Shown: positions 58,693-64,000 of the stretch, piece after piece
Layout: each line of letters opens with the position of its first letter
Numbering within the stretch: the stretch's first letter is position 1
Source: Vicinamibacteria bacterium
GTDB taxonomy: Bacteria; Acidobacteriota; Vicinamibacteria; Vicinamibacterales; UBA8438
Length of the DNA stretch: 64,000 nt
Direction of reading: 5' to 3'
Assembly: GCA_963579735.1 (NCBI GenBank)
Contig: CAUZIB010000014.1
Location: forward strand, 1,552-65,551
The notes under the pieces: model-generated
What the model saw: only the letters and a program-made list of their open reading frames with translations
The model's database searches: none
Told to the model about the DNA's origin: nothing
Position numbers and translations under genes: made by a program

Positions 58693-58696
58693 GCGT

Positions 58697-60247
58697 TCAC
58701 CCTTCCATCTTGACCCACCCGCCGACGTCGGAGCACGCGAGCTCCGTCAACGTGCGCACCATCACGCCGGTTGCTCCTTTGGCGTGGTCGCGGCCAGTTT
58801 TCTCCGCCCATGCGGTCCCGGCGATGTCCAGGTGAGCCCACGGGATGTCACCAGTGAACGCTTGCAGAAAGGACGCCGCCGTACTTGCGCCCGCGGGTCG
58901 CCCCCCCACGTTCGCCAGGTCCGCGGTCTCCGATTTGAGTTGCTCGCGATATTCGTCATACAGAGGCAATGGCCACAGACGCTCACCGGTGCGAGCGCCC
59001 GCGGCTCGTACTGATTCCACCCACGGGTCTGGTGTGCCAAACAACCCGCTGGCGGCATTACCGAGCGCGACGACGCAGCTGCCCGTGAGCGTGGCCACAT
59101 CGACCAGGTGGGTGGCCCCTTGCTTGCGGGCGTACCAAAGCGCGTCTGCCAGAATCAGACGCCCTTCCGCGTCGGTGTTGAGCACTTCGACGGTGGTTCC
59201 AGCCGCGCTTGTGAGAACGTCGCCAGGCCGGGTGGCTCGTCCGCCGGGCATATTCTCGACCATCGGCACGACCCCTAGACACCGCACCGGTGGCCGGAGC
59301 TGTCCAATCGCCCCCATGGCACCCACCACGGCCGCGCCGCCGGCCATGTCGTGTTTCATTCGCGCCATTCCGTCGTTGGGTTTGATCGAAATCCCTCCGC
59401 TGTCAAACGTGACACCCTTCCCCACCAGACCGAGGACCGGCCCGGCTTGGGGTGCGTCAGGTGTGTACTCCATGACGAGCAGTTGAGCCGGCTGCGGACT
59501 CCCCTGTGAAACGCCAAGAATGAGCCCCATTCCTAACTCTCTAATCTCGTCCTCGCCCAGAATGGAAACCCCGACGCCATATTCTCGGACCAGCGACGCC
59601 GACTGTTCCGCAAACGCCACTGGACCCAGTGTGTTGGCGGGGTCGTTGGCGAGCTCACGCGCCAGGTTGGCGGCCGTGCCGATCACCGCGCCTTTGTCTG
59701 CCGCCCTTGTGGCTGTCTCGGTGTGAGCAGACTCGACACAGAGGTGACAGGACTCGAGCAGCGGTGTGTCCGACGCGCCGGAGTGGTCGGTCTTGTAACG
59801 GCGATCCTCAAAGCCACCAAACAGCGTACCTTCCACCACCGCTTGGCAAGTCTCGGCGAGCGGTAGGCCTCCCTCCGTGGGCCGGATCATCACCGCAATG
59901 TGACGGACTCGCCGTCGCCGAACGGCGACGGCCATCGTCGCGAACGCTGTTCGAAGCCGGCCGGAGGATTGATCAGTGGCGGCGCCCACGCCGACTAGAG
60001 CCACCCGGGACGGCCGCCACTCCGCGTTCAACGGCGTGATAAACAATTCGCCGGGGTCTGGCTTGAACTCGCCCCGGTTTCGCGCGTCCGCGATCTGGCC
60101 TCCTGTGGCGGCGTCGAGTTCGGGCAGGTCTGAGAGATCGTCGCCGACAGCCACCGGCACAACCAGAAGGTCCGTGGATATGTCAGACGGTCGGTCCGAA
60201 ATCACACGGACGGTAGGCTCGATACGTGTCGGCGTCATGGGCGGCAT
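58697..60247 (-). CDS. pepA: Leucyl aminopeptidase (M17)
   Basis: VGKGVTFDSGGISIKP, NTDAEGRL. Confidence 0.9.
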   Translation of the reverse strand: MPPMTPTRIEPTVRVISDRPSDISTDLLVVPVAVGDDLSDLPELDAATGGQIADARNRGEFKPDPGELFITPLNAEWRPSRVALVGVGAATDQSSGRLRTAFATMAVAVRRRRVRHIAVMIRPTEGGLPLAETCQAVVEGTLFGGFEDRRYKTDHSGASDTPLLESCHLCVESAHTETATRAADKGAVIGTAANLARELANDPANTLGPVAFAEQSASLVREYGVGVSILGEDEIRELGMGLILGVSQGSPQPAQLLVMEYTPDAPQAGPVLGLVGKGVTFDSGGISIKPNDGMARMKHDMAGGAAVVGAMGAIGQLRPPVRCLGVVPMVENMPGGRATRPGDVLTSAAGTTVEVLNTDAEGRLILADALWYARKQGATHLVDVATLTGSCVVALGNAASGLFGTPDPWVESVRAAGARTGERLWPLPLYDEYREQLKSETADLANVGGRPAGASTAASFLQAFTGDIPWAHLDIAGTAWAEKTGRDHAKGATGVMVRTLTELACSDVGGWVKMEG

Positions 60248-60356
60248 TATACGTGGGGTCGGACTCGGGGTTGTCGGTATCGGGTGCGGTTCGGCACGCT
60301 GCCGCGGGGAAGACGGCTGCTACAATTGAAGCTGGCAAGAGCAAGGACAAACTACG

Positions 60357-60818
60357 ATGATGATGATGACAATAAAGACGATCAGGATGGCTCACCATAC
60401 TCGACCCCTTGGGGCAACGCTTGGCCTTGCGCTCCTCGTGATACTCCTAAACTCGGGCGACATCGCAGGCCGTGCCCCTGAAGAACCCGACCTGCGCCTC
60501 CGGTCAACCCCCAGGGTCGCATTTGCGCCGGCCGAAGTGCTCTTCGTGGCTGAGCTCCGCGGTGGCGACGATGATTATCGCGACCTATATTGCGTGACGG
60601 TCGAATGGGACTGGGACGATGAAACGCATTCAGAATCCACGCCCGACTGTGATCCATACGAGCCCGGTGTTAGCAAAATCAGGCGCCGCTACTCCACGCG
60701 TCACAGATTCGACTATGGGGGTCGGTATCAGGTGCGGATTCACCTCAAACAGAGAGACGACGTGGTCGCGTCCGCGAGCACGTCCGTCGAAATTCGCGGC
60801 AACGCGTTTCGCCGCTAG
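60357..60818 (+). CDS. Hypothetical secreted protein
   Basis: Signal-like LGATLGLALLVILLNSG. The ORF opens with four tandem ATG codons, and an alternative ATG lies at 60387. No family recognised. Confidence 0.45.
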   Translation: MMMMTIKTIRMAHHTRPLGATLGLALLVILLNSGDIAGRAPEEPDLRLRSTPRVAFAPAEVLFVAELRGGDDDYRDLYCVTVEWDWDDETHSESTPDCDPYEPGVSKIRRRYSTRHRFDYGGRYQVRIHLKQRDDVVASASTSVEIRGNAFRR

Positions 60819-60918
60819 CAGCCCGTAAATGGACTCCTCCCTACGTTCTAGGCCGATGACCGGTTAGCCATCTGGCTGGCCTTCATTCAGTCGAGGGGCG
60901 TGAGTTCTTCGACCTGCC

Positions 60919-61380
60919 TCACCTCGGTCGACGCCCCAGTGTCGCCTCGGCAACAGCCAGTTCGACTCGGGTCACGCCGGCTCGGCAAAAACGGTATGCG
61001 CCAAACCAGTCGGATAGCGAGCCGGCCATCGTCGTGCGGCTTGGCGTCACGATTACGCAAAGATCATCTCCCGGCCCTGCCTCCGCAATATCGATCGATG
61101 ACGGCATGGGGGCTGTGGTCGGGTGCGAATGATAGGCGCCAACGACGCGTCTGCCGACCGCGCGGGCAGAACGGATCGCGGCAAAGTGCGCAATCGGGTC
61201 AACCTGAAACCGCGTCGGGCTCGCCTTGAGATTCCGCGCGGCGAACGCGGACTCGATCCGATGCTCGGACCCGATCAACAGTCCGCAACATTCGTTGGGG
61301 AGGGTTGTTTGCGCGTGACACAGGATAACGTCGATCGTTGCCCGCCCGATCCAAACGACACCTGCCTCGGTCGCATCCAC
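60919..61380 (-). CDS. JAMM/MPN+ family metalloprotease
   Basis: PNECCGLLIG (E-x-x-G) and AYHSHPTTAPMPSSIDI (H-x-H...S..D). Confidence 0.75.
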   Translation of the reverse strand: MDATEAGVVWIGRATIDVILCHAQTTLPNECCGLLIGSEHRIESAFAARNLKASPTRFQVDPIAHFAAIRSARAVGRRVVGAYHSHPTTAPMPSSIDIAEAGPGDDLCVIVTPSRTTMAGSLSDWFGAYRFCRAGVTRVELAVAEATLGRRPR

Positions 61381-61404
61381 GGCTCGCTACGAGTGAACTG
61401 TCCA

Positions 61405-62334
61405 CTACTCCTTCGGCCGTCTCGGAACGTATTCCGAGAGGACAGCACGCCAGCCAGCCGCAGAGTCAAAAACCCGATCGATGGCCTCGTCTCCGCCGAG
61501 GCCATCGCGCAAGAGCTCGAGCTCTTCGATTAAACGGTTCAGCGCCGCGTGGATCTCTTGGGTGTTCGTGGCGCAGATGTCTCGCCAGATCGTCGCCGGG
61601 CTCGACGCAAGACGTGTAGTATCCGCCAATCCACGGCCGCTGAGAGCGAGACCGGACGCCCCCACGGCTTCCCCCACCACGTGCATCAGCGCCGACGCGG
61701 CGAGCTGCGGCATGTGCGACAGGAAGGCCAGCTGTCTATCGTGCTCGCCCGCGGTCATCACGTGAGGTATTGCGCCGAGACGGGTCACAAATGTGTGCAG
61801 CCTACCGAGGGCGTCTCCCGTCGAATCGTCCGCGGGCGTAAAAATCCACGGACGACCTTGAAAAAGATCCGGGCGCGCGTGCTCGATCCCCCCCCGTGGC
61901 GCGCCGCCGAGCGGATGACCGCCCACAAAGGTTAGCCGCGGCGGCAGCTGTCGCGCGCGCTCGACAACCGCTCGTTTCGTGCTCCCGACATCGGTCACCA
62001 CGGCCGTGCCGACAACGGAATCTTCGAGTTTCACCAACAGACGAAGGTTCTCCTCTACCGGCGCGGCCAGAATCACCAGATCGGCTTCTGCCATCACGAC
62101 CGGATCGTCAGCGGCCACATCGATCGCGTGAAGCACCATGGCCCGCTCGAGTACGTCCTTGTCGTCGACGCCTATCACCAGGCTGGACGGCCATATCTGG
62201 CGGACAGCCAACGCGATGGAGCCGCCGATCAGACCGAGCCCAACGATTCCCACCTTGTCGAAGATCGGAGGGGAGTCATCACCCTGGCCTGGCTGGATGA
62301 CCGGAAGTTGCCGCCCCCCTACTGGGTCCGACAC
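61405..62334 (-). CDS. tyrA: Prephenate dehydrogenase
   Basis: KVGIVGLGLIGGSIALA. GSTK. HPLGG. Start placed at GTG 62334 (GGGGGAG upstream), 4 nt after the DAHP synthase stop. Confidence 0.85.
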   Translation of the reverse strand: MSDPVGGRQLPVIQPGQGDDSPPIFDKVGIVGLGLIGGSIALAVRQIWPSSLVIGVDDKDVLERAMVLHAIDVAADDPVVMAEADLVILAAPVEENLRLLVKLEDSVVGTAVVTDVGSTKRAVVERARQLPPRLTFVGGHPLGGAPRGGIEHARPDLFQGRPWIFTPADDSTGDALGRLHTFVTRLGAIPHVMTAGEHDRQLAFLSHMPQLAASALMHVVGEAVGASGLALSGRGLADTTRLASSPATIWRDICATNTQEIHAALNRLIEELELLRDGLGGDEAIDRVFDSAAGWRAVLSEYVPRRPKE

Positions 62335-62338
62335 GACA

Positions 62339-63388
62339 CTAGCTCCCCCAAGCGCGGCGCGGCATGGTATCCACACATACGCTTCGTCCGATCGCCGGCG
62401 CGATAATGCGAATCTCGGACATCAGCCGTGCGAACTGCTCCGGGAAGAGTGACTGTGCCCCATCGCTCAGCGCATGGTCGGGGTCGGGATGAACCTCGAT
62501 GGCCAACCCATCGGCCCCGGCCGCGACCGCGGCTCTGGCCATCGGCGCGACTTTGTCGCGGATTCCGATTCCATGACTCGGGTCGCCAATAATCGGGAGG
62601 TGACTCAGCTTGTGAATGACCGGAATCGCCGAGATGTCCATTGTGTTTCGGGTATACGTTTCAAAAGTGCGGATCCCACGCTCGCACAGGACGACATTGC
62701 TGTTGCCACCCGAGAGGATGTACTCCGCCGACAACAACCATTCCTCGATCGTGGCGGAGATGCCGCGCTTCAGAAGAATCGGAGTGCGAATGGTCCCAAG
62801 CTCACGCAACAGCGTGTAGTTCTGCATGTTCCGGGCGCCGACTTGGAGCATGTCGGCGTATGTGTCCAACAGAGCAATCTGACTACCATCCATCACCTCG
62901 GAGACGACCTGCAGATGATGTCGATCCGCCGCCGCGCGCATGAAGCGCAGACCATCCTCGCCGAGTCCCTGGAAGCTATACGGAGAGCTCCGTGGCTTGA
63001 ACGCGCCACCCCGGAGGATCTTTGCGCCGGATTGGCTCACCGCGGCGGCTGCCGCTTCGATCTGCTCTTCGGTCTCCACCGAACACGGTCCGGCGATGAC
63101 AACGACTTCATCACCGCCGATACGGACGTCTCCGACTGAGACGATCGTCTTTTCCGGCTTGTACGTGCGACTCGCGAGCTTGTAGGGCTCGGTGATTCTC
63201 AGCACTTCGTGCACGCCGTCCATGACTTCCAGTAATCGGGTGTCAAACCCGCGCTGACCACCTACGGCGCCCAGCACCGTCTTGAGTGCCCCTGTCGACC
63301 GGTGCACATCGAAGCCCTTGGTATCCAACGTCGCGATGACGTGCTGGATCTGGTCCTCCGATGCCCGCTCTTCCATCACCACCACCAT
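62339..63388 (-). CDS. aroF: 3-deoxy-7-phosphoheptulonate (DAHP) synthase, type I-beta with N-terminal regulatory domain
   Basis: MVVVMEERASEDQIQHVI... parallels the Thermotoga-type N-terminal domain. LRGGAFKPRSSPYSFQGLG. ERGIRTFE. DPSH. Confidence 0.9.
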   Translation of the reverse strand: MVVVMEERASEDQIQHVIATLDTKGFDVHRSTGALKTVLGAVGGQRGFDTRLLEVMDGVHEVLRITEPYKLASRTYKPEKTIVSVGDVRIGGDEVVVIAGPCSVETEEQIEAAAAAVSQSGAKILRGGAFKPRSSPYSFQGLGEDGLRFMRAAADRHHLQVVSEVMDGSQIALLDTYADMLQVGARNMQNYTLLRELGTIRTPILLKRGISATIEEWLLSAEYILSGGNSNVVLCERGIRTFETYTRNTMDISAIPVIHKLSHLPIIGDPSHGIGIRDKVAPMARAAVAAGADGLAIEVHPDPDHALSDGAQSLFPEQFARLMSEIRIIAPAIGRSVCVDTMPRRAWGS

Positions 63389-63477
63389 GGCCTGCTGCCT
63401 CCATCGTCCCGAGGTCGTCTGACCTCGTCCCGAGCCCCGCTTCTGCCCACTATGCCAATGCCCACCCGCAACGGTGC

Positions 63478-63801
63478 TCACTTTTCGGCGAACCGTTCCA
63501 GACGCCGATTCTCGTCGATGATTCGCTCGAACAACCGGGTAATAGCGGCCGCTTCCAGGGGGCCATCATTCGCCTGCCTGGCATGTTCGAGCACCTCGAC
63601 CTCCCGACCCGGCTGATAGGTCTCCAGCCCCACACTGTCTTTGAGCCGGCCTATCCCCAATGCGCACGTCGCCCGTTGGTTCAGCAAAAGGACAATCTGG
63701 ATGTCAAGCGAATCGATTTCATCGCGTAGCGCCTTCATCCGTTCGCCCACGTCGACCGGTATCTGCTCTCCGCCGGCTGCTCTATTTGTGGATTTGCTCA
63801 T
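63478..63801 (-). CDS. Chorismate mutase (AroQ class)
   Basis: LRDEIDSLDIQIVLLLNQRA...YQPGREVEVLE...RLFERIIDENRRLE. ATGA overlap with the trpA stop. Confidence 0.8.
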   Translation of the reverse strand: MSKSTNRAAGGEQIPVDVGERMKALRDEIDSLDIQIVLLLNQRATCALGIGRLKDSVGLETYQPGREVEVLEHARQANDGPLEAAAITRLFERIIDENRRLERFAEK

Positions 63802-64000
63802 GGGTCTAGGTCAGAGCCACTCTCGCCCTTCAGCCAGTGAACATACCGAGTCACGTCGCCAGCGAGGTCGGCACTGTCGGCGGCCCGGGCGACGGTGTTG
63901 ACCAGAGCGCTCCCAACCACCACGGCGTCCGCCCACCGACCAACCTCGGCGACGTGCTCCGGCCGAGAGATCCCGAATCCCAAAGCGATTGGCAATGAGG
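63798..64000 (-). CDS. trpA: Tryptophan synthase alpha chain, C-terminal part (5' end outside the window)
   Basis: PIALGFGISRPEHV...ADAVVVGSALV. The frame is open to the window edge. Confidence 0.8.
   Translation of the reverse strand, partial: SLPIALGFGISRPEHVAEVGRWADAVVVGSALVNTVARAADSADLAGDVTRYVHWLKGESGSDLDP

Noticed and set aside
60357-60368. Four tandem ATG codons at the start of the 60357-60818 ORF, considered as a slippage or phase-variation tract
   Set aside because: Only 12 nt, in frame, and any copy-number change keeps the frame. An internal ATG at 60387 may be the real start.

Overview
GC-rich, gene-dense bacterial chromosomal segment with about 60 protein genes and two tRNAs (Arg-CCT, Pro-CGG). 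I saw no rRNA, CRISPR array, transposase or integrase. All calls rest on reading the sequence and on motif recall; no database search was run. Most of the window is housekeeping. It includes an NtrY-like sensor kinase, psd-pssA, tsaB, mutS, a polyamine cluster (deoxyhypusine-synthase-like gene plus aguA/aguB), apt, acyP, hemH and a bacilliredoxin. It also includes an hspR-cbpA-clpB heat-shock operon, rho, glcD-like oxidase, the recG-rsmD-coaD-aminotransferase operon, lexA, nth, rsmA, RNase J, ftsK, an AmiC-like amidase, pepA, and an aromatic amino-acid operon (trpA-chorismate mutase-DAHP synthase-tyrA). The least core-like stretch is about 15.2-24.4 kb, next to tRNA-Arg. It holds two gene remnants and a run of exported enzymes, including a PQQ alcohol dehydrogenase with the D-x-D signature of lanthanide-dependent enzymes. 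The most unusual thing seen directly is a family of imperfect inverted-repeat intergenic elements. The best copies are at 12132-12345 and 24185-24349, and both start right at gene stop codons. Other observations: a 22/23-nt identical RBS/start module shared by the PQQ-ADH and a 35-codon Arg-rich sORF; a twin-arginine signal stranded upstream of the first usable start codon of a 465-aa gene; a HAIR-like operator overlapping the hspR promoter; and a 420-bp region divergent from lexA that has coding-like codon bias but no clean ORF. I did not find a convincing novel multi-gene system such as a defence island. The findings are candidate leads, not demonstrated functions.
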